64,000 nucleotides of DNA, taken from assembly GCA_012295275.1 (NCBI GenBank), contig CM022677.1:25358001-25422000 (forward strand), in the 5' to 3' direction. This stretch comes from Chrysomallon squamiferum. Lineage: Eukaryota > Animalia > Mollusca. Both the position numbers and the translations under genes were made by a program. Positions 1 through 14,004 of this stretch are shown here, one piece after another. Position 1 is the first letter of the stretch. Each line of letters opens with the position of its first letter. The notes beneath the pieces were generated by a model. It saw only the letters and a list, made by a program, of their open reading frames with translations, had not been told where the DNA came from and made no database searches.

Positions 1-491
1 ATCAATATTCAATCCTCCATCTGTTATTCAATTACTTTACTTAGCAACACACACACACATGTGATACATAGAGTATGCAGTGTATCTAGTGAAAGTTACT
101 TCTCTATACATTAACCATGTGAAAACTTAATTAAAATAAATGTTTGCATTGTTGTTACTGTCAGTATAAAATTCTGAGCATACTTTGGTCATCTATCATT
201 ATATATTCCGAGTTCAGAACATAGTAGTAGTTGTTGTTGTTGTCGTTGTGGCGCAGACTGACGTCGTGGTTGTGTAGGGAGTTACGGAGTAGTTAGCGGA
301 GCAGGGTTCAGTGAATTGATAAATCAGTTTGTGGCGGAGTATCAGACGTGTTGCTCGCTCGTGTTAATAAACAGTGTGACCCCAGAGCTTATTAGCAGAT
401 GAGCAGTGCGCAGTGCATTACGGGATTGACATGTTATCATCACCCAGCGTTATTAGCATCTGTTCACAATTCAAGAGGAAATAAAATAATC

Positions 492-1070
<579 letters not shown>

Positions 1071-2115
1071 GGCGACCGTATCCGCGCAACAGCAATAGAC
1101 AATGACGTCAATGAAATGAATTCTATGACGTATTGTTTTTCTTATGACTTCACGTCATGTCTTGAAAAATCATTACGATCTATGACATTGATTAACTGTT
1201 GTACTACAGAGACGTAACTCAACACAGCAACACCAGAACTAACAAAGACAGTTACGTGACAATCTCACGATCAAAATAATCTGTTTAATAATGACAGGTT
1301 CTTCGGTCAGATAACCTGACTTTAGTTCTAGTAGGAGGCACTTAGCTGAAAAGGTCGCAAAAGTGGTTCGTCTGATCTACATCTGTTTGACTAGATTCAT
1401 GATTTATACATATCCCGTCTGTTAAATAAATAAAAATAAAAATGTTGTGTGTTATGTGCTGGGAATTATTATTTATTTATTGGAATGTCTCTCTGTCTGT
1501 CTGTCTGTCTGTCTATCCACCTGTATATCTGTCCCTCTACATTATTATTGTTGTTGTTGTTGTTGTTATTATTATTATTATTAGCATTAGCATTATTATT
1601 ATTATCATCATTATTATTATTGTTATATTGTTATCATCATGACAGTCATCATCATCATTATTATTATTATTATCATTATTATTTTTATTATTATTATTAT
1701 ATTTCCAGGTTTTATGCATATAGACGGAATTCGATACACCTTGTAACAAATTCAACAAACGGGCGCCCACAGAGTCAAAAGACGAACACACAAGAAAACA
1801 TCGTCAACGCCAGCAACGAATACGACATCATCGCACAGACTGACGCCATTGTTATAACCCACCCACCCACCCCCCGTCCTCCGCTCCACCTCACCATGCA
1901 GACCAGGGATTCCTCTGTTGCCAGCGGGGACAACCTTTGTCCTTGATAATAACCGTCTTTCATTTCTTCAAAATTATCACGAACTGCTCCTTCATTGTTT
2001 GCGTTCATTAGTCCTTCGCAGTTAATAGTAATGTGTTTGTGTATTGATTTCTTGTGACATGCACAGAAAAACTGCAATGTAAGCCAAAGAAAGATACAAA
2101 GATACAAAAAAAATA

Positions 2116-2154
<39 letters not shown>

Positions 2155-2347
2155 GCTTTTTTCGGATACAAATGAAGAAGTGAGTAAAGCCGCTTTACAG
2201 GTGAATGTTACAATCTGAGGCCAGACGCTAAACCGAGGTGCAGTCGTTGATTTTAAGTGGAGAAATGTTTTCTGTTTGGAATTGTGTTCGAGAATAGCAC
2301 GTGGTGATTCGTTACTGGTTTGTAAAACAGTCTATAAACTGTTCGAT

Positions 2348-2422
<75 letters not shown>

Positions 2423-4088
2423 ATAAAGAATGAACTCAATTCTGTCTCGTTTATTGCGAATGACGTAAACATTTTATTATGACGTCATCGACGAGTAATG
2501 TCTGATACGATTAACGCACTTGTGCTGTGACAACGACAGTTATTACTACAACTTCTCGATGCTGAAATTATCAACCCTTTATGTATAAACAAATAATTAA
2601 AAAAAATAATGCTGCAGGTGTCGTTGCTGAACTGACGACGTCATCACCAATTTGAAATCACTGCACTGAGATTAATTAGTATCTGTCAGTCTGGAGATAT
2701 TGAATTGCAATATTCCTAAAATATAACTTATTGGTTTCTTCATAATTGTAATGTTACAGATTATAATGCAAATATGCTCATATTAAATAATTACTGACTA
2801 ATCGCAGAGAAATGTCGTAGAAAAAATCTATAAGACTTGGAAAAATAAAATTAAAAATAACAGACAAAAGGTAAAAGGAAAGGAAGATAATTAAAGACAG
2901 AGAAAAGAAAAAGTCGATTAAAATTAATAAACGGAAAAAGAAATCTTGAAAAATACAGCGTAGAGGAAAACAGAAAGGATAAGAGAATAGACAGAAGAAA
3001 GAAGGAATTAAAGGGATAACAGAAAGTAAATGTGAAAGAAGTACGAGAAGATTAAAAAAGAAAGAATAGTGAGATAGAAACAGAAGTTTGAAGAAAGAAG
3101 AAATAGTAAAAAGAAGAAAGGAAAGGTTGAAACCAGAATCACAAAAAAAAAAAAAAAGAACGAAGAAATTTAATCAATGCTTTAAACTGATCATATTTGG
3201 AATTATCCGTGTTCGGTGTATGACTATAAAAAGTGAAGATTAGGGATTTTAAACAGCTGATGTTCGTGATTCAAGTCTGAGGGTGAAAAATCTGTATCCT
3301 CTTTCATTTAATTAACTTTGTTCGGAATTAGAACAGAGAATACGCAAGACGATACACTGTTTAAAAAAATATGTGACATTGATTTATAATTTTATCAACG
3401 TATACATATTGTTCTTTCAGTTAAAAAAAATTAACTTGCATGTTCGATTAATCAAAAGCTCATTCTGAATTTCATCGATATCGTATTCTTTAAATCTGAA
3501 ACTTTATTGAGAAAAAACTGCTTTGTATTTTCAGTTCACTTTGTTGGCAACAGACTGAAAGCAGGAACATGTATGGATGATTCACGTGGATGACATTTCT
3601 CAAAGCGGAAAACACTTCGTTATATATTTAACTTAAAATAAGGAAAACTAAGTCAATTGTTATAGAGAAAAAAATAGCAAGGATATACAGCATATAAAAA
3701 GAGGTAAAATTGTGTCAACCTCAATAACACTGAAAACCCAAGAAGATACATCATTTATAAAGACGTCAATTCTTGATATCATATATTTTACATAATTTCA
3801 GGAATATAAACCATTTGTTTCAGAGAACAAAAACAAAAAAAAAGAAAATAATAAAAAAAAAGAATAACAAGTAAAAGATACAGAATTTAAAAAAAAAGAG
3901 GTGAATTCGTGTTATCATTTATTCAGTTTAAATTGATGAATCCAAATAAGAGAAATAAAAACAGGAAAATGTACAATCTCAGACTGAAGTGAATTGGTCT
4001 TGTGACACAAATAAAACAAATGAACAAACAGTGAAAAGTGTGTACTGCGTGTTCTACGAAAAAACAAGAAACAAGAAACAAGAAGCTT

Positions 4089-4414
4089 TGGACGTTGAAG
4101 AAAAATTCATTAATTAATAATTAAATGAAAATCAGAAATCACCACCTCATAATCATTGAAATTGTTCGTCATGTGTTGAAATTAAGACTATACATCTGAG
4201 TTTGAAGCAGATGCTGCTTATTATAGATAATTAAATACAAGAAGATTTCAACGCTGGACGCTGAAGAAAAATACATTAATTAATTTTAAATAAAAAAAAT
4301 CAGAAGTCTGCAGCGCATATTCACACACATTGTTCGCCAAATGCTGAAATTAAGAATATACATTGAAGTTTGAAGCAGATGTTCTTTATTTTAGATAATT
4401 AAATACAAGAAGAT
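4089..4414. repeat. Diverged two-copy tandem duplication, period about 166 bp
   Basis: TGGACG(T/C)TGAAGAAAAAT at 4089 and 4255; both copies contain GTTTGAAGCAGATG and end TAGATAATTAAATACAAGAAGAT. Confidence 0.85.
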
Positions 4415-5119
4415 ACACCATCTAATTAAATTATAATCAGGATTCGGTTCCTGAAATATATACTCAAAGTGCATCTAAAACAGAACTATTTTATCGTGAA
4501 ACTCACTGAAACCAGATCATTTTATGTTACGATCAATATGTTTGTTCATCGTAATGATCTGTGAATCTGCTGTACAGAACAGACATCAAAAAAGTGAAAT
4601 GTTATTGTAGAATGCTAAAATATTCATGATATAAACAAATCAGTGGGAAAAAATCTACATATCTGGAAGCAATTTGCATTATTAAAAAGTCTGCAGAAAA
4701 TAAAACCTTAATCGACCATAAGAGAAGTTTGAACATATTGTTTTCACAGTTATTAAGTTGCGTATCAGCACTTTTGTGTGCCTGTGCTAATATTCGACTT
4801 TAGTGGGCAATTCTTTGCATTTATTTACAGTTGCAAAATATCACGGAACAGTATTTTAACATTAGTCTATTGTTAAAAACGTGACTGGATCTCGATTTGA
4901 TGTTTTAACATTAATCTGTGCTACAAAAAGATTACAGATAGAGTGAGACCAACCAAGAAAAGAAGAGTTTACTTTTGTTAAAACACGTGAGTTTAGACGA
5001 TAAAAAAAAAAAAATCCCTTAGTGTTACTGTGCATTACTGAAAGTGTTGAAGTGAAAAAGAAAAAGAGAAAAAAAAAGAAGAAAGAAAACCAGTTGCAAA
5101 CTTTTACATTTGTCATTCA

Positions 5120-5250
5120 CAATACGTAACAGAAACGACTACAAAACAGTTGTTACGTACGTGTTACAGTCGGTTACGGGTACATCTCACTTTCGCTAGA
5201 TACTCAGAGACTGTGTCTGTGTTAAATGTTTGACTGTAACACACATACGC
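5120..5250 (+). promoter_or_regulatory. Putative promoter/TSS region of cassette A
   Basis: CpG-containing patch about 400 nt upstream of the ATG, Inr-like ACAGT at 5166-5170, short motifs collinear with the region upstream of cassette B. Inference only. Confidence 0.3.
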
Positions 5251-5442
5251 CATCAGATAATATAAACTCTGATAGGAATAATTAAAAGAAAAATTAAATA
5301 GTAAAGGACTGAGATTAACAACAACAAATCTAAACGGATAACTAAGGAATAAAACAGAGAAATATATATATATTTTTTTTAAAGTTATTTTGAAGATATA
5401 AAAAGATTCAATGACAGAAGAGACTTGAAGGACAACAACAGC

Positions 5443-5498
<56 letters not shown>

Positions 5499-5543
5499 TA
5501 ACAATAACAATAACAATAACAATAATAACAATAACAACAATAA
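5443..5543. repeat. (AAT)n/(AACAAT)n microsatellite in the presumptive 5' UTR of cassette A
   Basis: Direct inspection; ends about 22 nt before the ATG. Confidence 0.95.
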
Positions 5544-5565
5544 CGGAGTACAACACGAAACCACA

Positions 5566-6256
5566 ATGGCGTGTATTCGACTCTTCTTTCTCTCTTTCTT
5601 CGTTCTTTCATTTTGCCCTCACAACGCGGTTTCCAAGGGACACAGACGAATACACATCGCAGGGTTACTTCCCTTTAACAAGAGTTTCCTCTTCTCCGTG
5701 CAAAAAGTCCGGCCAGCCGTCGACATCGCCGTCAACAAGATCAAACAGCTCAACATGCCCTTCAAATACTTCAGCATCAACTACGGCGACTCCAACTGCT
5801 CGATCGCCAACGGCATGGACGTGGCCATCACGTTCTTCATCAACAACAAGGTGGACGTCTTCCTCGGACCGCCATGCGACTACGCAGCCGCGCCCGTTGC
5901 CAGGCAACTGCGCTACTGGAACGTTCCCATGGTGACGGCCGGAGCCATGGCCCGGGACTTCTACATCGACAAGAAGACCGAGTTCCAGCTGATGACGCGC
6001 GTGGGGCCGAACTTCAACTCGCTCGTCAGCTTCATCATCTCCGTCCTCACCAGGTTCACGTGGTCGAAGGTGAAGCTGCTGTACAACCCGTTCGGACAGC
6101 AGCACGTCGTGCACAAGTTCTGCCACATCGCCGTGGACGGCATCCACAAAGGTCTGCGCACGCAGAACGTGCTGAAGGTGAACCAGGAGTACTTCAAGTT
6201 CCACGACCTGGAAATCCTCGCGAAGATGGAGAAGGAGATCGGCAAAGAGTTTGCAA
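5566..6256 (+). CDS. Cassette A: first coding exon of an atrial natriuretic peptide receptor-like / receptor guanylyl cyclase (signal peptide + N-terminal part of ANF_receptor ligand-binding domain), 230 codons + 1 nt
   Basis: ATG at 5566 (CCACAATGG), hydrophobic signal MACIRLFFLSFFVLSFCPHNAVS, family motifs IHIAGLLP, VRPAVDIAV, YGDSNCS, VDVFLGPPCDYAAAPVARQLRYWNVPMVTAGA, LMTRVGP, FTWSKVKLLY, KFCH. Strong C/G-ending codon bias against AT-rich flanks. Ends at A|GTAAGT donor 6256/6257, phase 1. Confidence 0.93.
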
Positions 6257-6328
6257 GTAAGTGAATCTACTGTTGTCTGTGTTGTTAATGTCATTTTTAT
6301 TTCATAGTTATTGTTGTTGTTGGTGGTA

Positions 6329-6375
<47 letters not shown>

Positions 6376-6396
6376 ATTATTATTATTAACATTATT

Positions 6397-6427
<31 letters not shown>

Positions 6428-6664
6428 TTATTATTAATATTATTGTTGTTGTTGTTCTTGTTGGTTTTGTTATTATTATTACTGTACTGAAATGGAATAT
6501 TATAAATGGCGATTATATTCCAAGGGAGACAAATCTACTGTGCTTATTACCGATTATGTTGACCTTAACTGTTGGTGATACCATTCCTACATCGTAAGGT
6601 AACATCAAATAACTGTTATTTATTTATTTATTTATTTATTTATTATTATTTTTTCTTCTTCTTC

Positions 6665-6696
<32 letters not shown>

Positions 6697-7447
6697 TAGC
6701 ATTAGTATTATTATTTTAAATTTCTAGCAACAGATAAATAGCTATTTGTTATTTATTTATCTGTTTACATAAACACTTACTTTTATTCGTAATACCGTGT
6801 TTTACAGTTACATGTTGCATCTACTTATATCCATCCTTATGTACAAGTATACTAATTGTTTTATTACAAGAACAAAACCTTGTATTATATTATAAATTAT
6901 TAATATAAGATTATAAAACGAAATTTTTCAGGGACATAACTCTGAATCAGTTTTGTGCTTTAGTTTGTTTTGTTTTGCTAATGATCTCCCCTGCCAAAGT
7001 CTTTAGTATTGAATTATTTAGCTCTCACTGAAAATGACGTGTCAGAAGAAACGATCCCAAAGACTTTGATTTCCAATTCTAATGACAGAACATTTCATTA
7101 AAATGTTTAACGTGAATTAAATTTATATCACTGCTTTCTTTGTTTTATAATAAACACAATTTTACATCATATGATTTTACGATAATATTTCTTCTGACAT
7201 TATACATCAAAGTAATATTTTTTTTATTTTTATTTGCGTGTGTGTGTGAGTATGTGTGTGTGTGTTTTAGTATATTGTTATAATAAAAGCCATTTTGTAT
7301 CAACACAGTGCACAGTTTTATGATAACTGTTCTTGTTATAATAACAACGCGGTTTTGCAGTAACAACTTTTTATAACAAATACATTTGTCACTGTATGTT
7401 TTCTGGTTGTTTTTTCTTTTTGTCTTTTTGTTGTTTATTGATTTTAC

Positions 7448-7490
<43 letters not shown>

Positions 7491-8079
7491 TCTGTGAGCA
7501 CATTCTTCTATCAACATATTTTAGTCAAGACGTTTTTGTATGAACAGCATTTTATATCAACATTTACAAGCTACGACTTATCTGAAATAAAAATTATTTA
7601 GTTATTTACTTTTATTTTTTTCCTTTGTTATATACATAAATCACTCTTTGTTTGTTTTATTTGTGTAACAAAAGGTTATCTATCGTGATGGATCCTGGGT
7701 CACTCTGCTCCTAAAACAACAGATTTATCAGTGAAAGGAATGCCATTTTAGAATTATTTTTCGCTAGAATAATATCTATTTAATGTCACGTGAGTTCACG
7801 AAAAATTTAAGTCTTAAGCTATGGCGTCATCTCTTTATGTTAAATTTATTTTCTCTTCTGAAAAGGTCAGACGAGCTGTATAAACTAGGGTCAAAGTTCA
7901 AACGATCATTAGACATAATTCTGTACTAAAAATTAAAGGTGCTTTCATACGACGTAACTTCGTCTGCTTCCAGTATCTGGTTTGATGAGATTAGAGTGAG
8001 GCATATGAACTAAATGTTATAAATATTCTCTACATTTTGCATTATATTTGTTCTTGTTTTTATCTTTATATATATATGT

Positions 8080-8125
<46 letters not shown>

Positions 8126-8372
8126 ATTTATGGATTTATGTATTATTCTGACTGACATGATAAATCCAAACACTGAACATCAACCTACCTTTTTTTTTTT
8201 AAATCTACATTTGAAAATTCATTAGTTTAGTGTCTGTTTTATTTTTTTTCTCAAACTCCTCGGCTATTTTTTTTTATTATTATTTTTATTTATAAATTTG
8301 TTCTTGTTCTTGTTGCTGTTGTCACTAAGATTTTTTTTTCCCGAGTACACTAATAATAATAACAATAATAAA

Positions 8373-8404
<32 letters not shown>

Positions 8405-8729
8405 TAACATTCTGATATATTAAATCTGTCTTGAAAACATTTCTACGCAATTGTATTATTCTTAAAGGTCCCACTAATTAAACCGATTTGAGTGAACGCG
8501 CCTATACCAATATATCACTGCTGGCAAAGCCACATAATTTAGTCTAACAAAGACCAGTCTCGTTATCTGCATCAAAATCACTGGCTAGTGAAGTGATCTC
8601 TAATGTTACTGATAATGAATTGATATTTTGACCTTTGACCCGACAGTCTTGTTTTATTTCATTAGACTTACTTGATGGCAGTCTGCTGGTACCATTTATT
8701 TCTTTTTCTAAAATCAAAAGGTATACACA

Positions 8730-8827
<98 letters not shown>

Positions 8828-9773
8828 CTCTTTTTTTTTCTCTCTCTCTCTGTCTCTCTCTGTCTCTTTCTGTCTCTGTCTCTGTCTCTCTCTGTCTTTT
8901 TCGTCCTCTCTTTCATTCTCTCTCTCAATATATATCTAGAGGGATCTATACATAGATATCGGACAGAACTGTGTGTTATTCTCTGTGTATGTCTGGGTGT
9001 GTATGTGTATCTGTGTCTCTGTATTGCTTCCATGTACGTGTGAATTTTCTGTATGTGTCTTTATAATGTGTAGCCATGTGCGTGAATGCGTGCATGTGTG
9101 TGTGTGTATGTCTGAACACGACACACGAGCTCTTGGTTCAGATCTGTAATGTCAGGTTTATTTATTCCTGACCTTTTCATTGAGAAGAGTTAATAAAATA
9201 TATGGAAAATTCCTGTCTACGAATTAATCTTTTATAAACCCACAAAATATATTTCTGATGTCTTTGAATGCCGTAAAGGAGATTTTCGTGTTTCGATGAG
9301 AAGGTTGAAACGCATGGGAATTAAAATGACAAAAAAAATGACGGTTAAAAAGATATAAATTTTACTTAAGAAAGAAAAAGTCTTTGAAAAAAATACAGTG
9401 CATTTAGGTGAACGAAGACTTGCACTGTTGTATGATAAGTTAAAATGCACAGATCGAGTTTTGCTAAAAATTGAGTTTGATGCAGTGAAACATTCTGGTT
9501 ATCTGTTGCTTGCTGGCGACGAATCTAATTAACTGTGAAGTCGCTGATATCTAATATTGGAAGACCTCTGAACTTCTTTTCATAATGCAAAACGTCTGAC
9601 ATCCATTAACGTTTTTTTTTTTCTGTATCTCTGTGTGTGTGTCTATGTGTGTCTGTGTATTTTGTTTAAAGGTGATTATATGGTGTATCATCCTTTACTA
9701 AATAATATCTTCATATATATATACACACACACAAACACACACACATACATATATGCGTGTACATGTATGTATG

Positions 9774-9828
<55 letters not shown>

Positions 9829-9903
9829 CGTTATATATATATATATATTTTATATTTTCATATATTTTATATATATATATATATATAAACAACAACATCA
9901 CAG

Positions 9904-9981
<78 letters not shown>

Positions 9982-10965
9982 CGAAATTCAATTATATTAA
10001 ATAGTAAAATTTCCGAAACAAGAAAAAGAAGAAAAATTACGAAATCAAACGCTGCGATATTTTAACAAAGACGACACACTATAAAAATACAATTACCTGA
10101 AATATAACTGAAGAAAAAATATATATATTATCGACATTTTATTCTTTTATATCTTTATAAATTTCCTTTATTTCATTTTCAATTTTTAAATCTCTTTTCC
10201 TTTGTTATTGCTTCTTCCAAACTTATACATTTTCCATTTAATAATTTAATATTTGTTTTTTTTCATCATTTTATTCTTTTTTTTTTTTTTTTTTTTTTTC
10301 AGCTTTGACATTTAATATGAAATTATTATTACTAAACACGCATACAAAATTAAATCTTTCAAACAAGAGATAACCAAGTTAGCTATTTCTTTTTGTTATC
10401 AGACAATCCTATCAACAGAACAACCTTTTCAGTACCACTCCCCAAAAACCAGTTAATTAATCTGTGCAACCTCACGTGACTATTGAACAATGACGTAGTC
10501 AAAACTCTTCTTTATCTGAACATTTCTTTCTTTAGAAAATTTATTTTTAAACATGTATTAATAAAATAAAAGCTCTGGAAAATAATATGTTATTCATATC
10601 CGTTTTGGCTGTAATTTCCTTTTGATATTTGAAATACAATTATTTCGCTTATAAAAATAGCATAACGTCTTCCTTTCATCCTTCGTACTTTTATGAAATA
10701 AATATAATTTTGCTTTTCAGTACAAATAGGGAAAAGTAACCATTCCTGTAACTCTTCTGTTACCTGGTTTGCTTCTACTATTACTATAATGAAAGTAACA
10801 ACATCAACTGTTATAACTGCTACTGTTATTAATATTGATATCATTACAACTACGGCTTCTATTACTACTACGACAAGAACTGTTATTGCTATTATCTTCT
10901 TTCTTCAGACGAATCTCTTTTTCTGTCTCTCTCTCTTTCTTTATTTCTCTCTCTCTCTTTCTTTA

Positions 10966-11012
<47 letters not shown>

Positions 11013-11803
11013 CTCTATATCTTTCTATCTCTCTTTCTCTATCTCTTGTTCTCTCTCTCTTTATTTCTCTCTCTGTCTCTCTTTTTATCTCTCTCTATCT
11101 ATCTCTTATTCTCTCTCCCTCTTTCTGTATATCTTGTTCTCTCTCTCTCACTCTCTCTATCTTTATCTATCTATCTAACTATATATCTATCTACATATCT
11201 ATATATTAACTGTTTGTCTATATATAATCTGTTGATCTATCTATCCAGCTTTGTCAGTTTACTTCTTGTGTTCATTTGTATATATCTATCTATCTGTCTC
11301 TAGTTTTTAATATATCTAAAAATGTACCTGTGTATCTACCTGCCTATTTATGTCTATCAACACACACATACATACCAGTCTACAAACCTAACCACACCTA
11401 CATATACAGTTACCTGTTTACATACCTGTATATGAGTCACCCTCTACCTACAAATATATGTATGTATCTATCTATATATCCATCTATATATCTGTCTTTC
11501 TGTCTCTCTGTCTCTACCTAACTATCAAATGTTTATTAGTTTTTGAATGTTTGTATATACAGTATCTTTTTCAATTATTACCTACCTCTCGTTTGATATC
11601 CAATAGCCGTAATATTATTCGTTCATTCATCATCTATATAATATATCTAAAATATATATCTATATATCTATCTGTCTATCCGTTAAGGATTCATGATAGA
11701 ATATTTTATTCTGTGTCATTTTTTCTTGATCAATGAAATCACTTGTCTGAAAACGATGACATCATAATCACGAATTTGACGGACGTAAAAATAATAAAGC
11801 GTA

Positions 11804-11834
<31 letters not shown>

Positions 11835-11849
11835 TTAAATTAAAAAATC

Positions 11850-12070
11850 GACATACCGTAATCGATCTCGACAGAAAACGTCTTCTTCCACTTCCGTTAC
11901 AAAACCGCTGCTTTGTTTTCTGTTACGCCGCATTTGCAGGCGACTTCAGTGAAGTAGTTAGTCATCGAGTAACGGTGGAATAACTAACACGGGACTTGCA
12001 GAGTTAGGGCGAGCGTGCGAGCGAAAGAACGAAGTCACATCTACGTTCCTGTATCGATGACAGTTCCAGC
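11850..12070 (+). promoter_or_regulatory. Putative promoter/TSS region of cassette B
   Basis: CpG-rich non-repetitive patch after a poly-A tract; ETS-type CACTTCCG 11889-11896, ATCGAT 11861-11866, Inr-like TCAGT 11946-11950, about 405 nt before the ATG. Confidence 0.4.
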
Positions 12071-12308
12071 TATTTAGTTGAGAAAGGCTGTATGTCTTCA
12101 ATAGGACAGGATTCTCCCTCGGTCTCGGATTTTGCAAAGCTCAGTGAATTTTCTTCTTTTTGATTTCCTGGTTGACAGTCTGAAACCGAGAGACGGTCAT
12201 TGTGTTAGCATCATTTTAATTCCGTTACTCGGAAATAACAGCAATTTTGATAGATAGATTATCTCAGGTTTAATCATATCGAGATAATAATAATACTATT
12301 AATAAATA

Positions 12309-12349
<41 letters not shown>

Positions 12350-12354
12350 TAATA

Positions 12355-12698
12355 ATGAAAGTTATAAAGAAGTCGATACTGTTTTCGCTATTTCTTGTCG
12401 TCTTCGTCGACTCGTGCAGTTCTAACGTGACAATTCCTCAGACAGACGCGAGTAAAATTTTCAAACTTGTTGTCCTGGCACCCAGCGACAACTCCAGAAT
12501 GTTCTCACTGCAACACGTCCTGCCTGCCGTCTACCAAGCCATAGACTACGTGTACGACAACGACGTCCTCACAGACGTTCACCTGGACGTGAAGTTCGGA
12601 GAAACGGGCTGCAATGCCATCCTGGCGCCGATACAAGCGTTTCGTTTTCAAACGCAGAAAGAAGTGGACGTTTTTCTGGGACCTGTTTGTGATTACAG
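12355..12698 (+). CDS. Cassette B exon 1: ANF_receptor-family ectodomain start (signal peptide to GPVCDY)
   Basis: ATG at 12355, signal-like MKVIKKSILFSLFLVVFVDSCSS, motifs KLVVLAP, VLPAVYQAI, FGETGCN, VDVFLGPVCDY. Consensus donor AG|GTAAGT at 12698/12699, phase 2. Confidence 0.9.
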
Positions 12699-13971
12699 GT
12701 AAGTTTTTTTTTCTTTATTTAACTTTTGCTGTTTGATTTTTCTTAGCTATTGTATGTTCCTGATACTGGTGCTGCTGGTGCTGTTACTGTTGATGTTGCT
12801 GGTGTTGTCGTTATTATTATTATTATATTCATTCTTGATTCCTTATTTATTTATTTATTTTATTTTATTTTTATTTATTTATTCGTTCGTTCGTTCATTC
12901 ATTCATTCTTTTCTTAATGGATTAATTTATAACTAACAGACAGATACTACAGACAATATTATAATAAGTATATGTATATAATAATAATAATAATAATAAC
13001 AATAATCAATAAATTAATAAATAGTACTAATAGTAGTAATAGCAGTACCAGTATTATTTGCAGGAATAATAGTGGTAATAATAGTAGTCACAGTCGTAGT
13101 AGTAGTACTAGTAGTAGTAGTAGTAGCAGCAGTAGTAGCTGTTGTAGTAGTAGCAGTAGTAGTAATAGTAATTGTAGTAGTAGTTGTTGTAGTAGTAAGA
13201 AATTGTTGTTAGTTCGCTAAAATTGTGACTTTTATATCATAACCAACCGATTGTCAGCTTTGTTTGATTCTACAGCCTTTCTCGTATTTAAATAGTCGCT
13301 GTTGAGTTTTAAATAACATGATTTACGAATAGCGTTATGTTACAACCTGGTTCAGTATCAGTGTAAACACTCAGTTGACAGTTGAAGATATGGAAATTCA
13401 TCTGTAATTACAGCAGTGTGACGTAATTGCAATGGGATGACGTTATTACAATAGTCTGCCTCGCATCAAATTATAATTATTACGTCATAGCAATAATTAC
13501 CTTACGTCACGCAATACAATGGTTTAAAGACGCTTGCATGTTACGTAATTGTAATGATACGCAAAAAGTCCAATTTATATGCAATCGTTGTAATTATCTG
13601 AAAGCCTTCGATAAAGAAAGTGAAAATATAAAAGTTGTTTAACATTAGCTGTCCCACGACAAAGTGAAGTATTAATTACGTAAAGCAATCCGACATTGGA
13701 GTTTAGTTATACAAATTCTTGAAATGTCACATTTAACTAACATATAAAGATGTTACATCTTCAAATTCGTTGCCTGAAAATCATTTTCTGACAGAAATGT
13801 TAGTAAATGAAATGTCTTGTTGTTTTAATAATAGCAGTAGTAATGATGATGACGATGATAATGATGATGATGATGTTGATGATAATAATAATAATAACAA
13901 CAACAACAGCTACTACTACTACTACTAGTACAATACAAATTATAATAATAATAATAATAGTAGTAGTAGTA

Positions 13972-14004
<33 letters not shown>

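Noticed and set aside
5425-5565. Poly-Asn N-terminal extension of cassette A in the ORF track
   Set aside because: Starts at TTG (prokaryotic-style call) and is just the (AAT)n repeat; the signal peptide begins at ATG 5566.
5665-6294. Antisense and shifted-frame ORFs over cassette A (5665-6294 -, 5874-6260 +, 5961-6245 -)
   Set aside because: Shadow ORFs expected from strong C/G third-position bias of the real exon.
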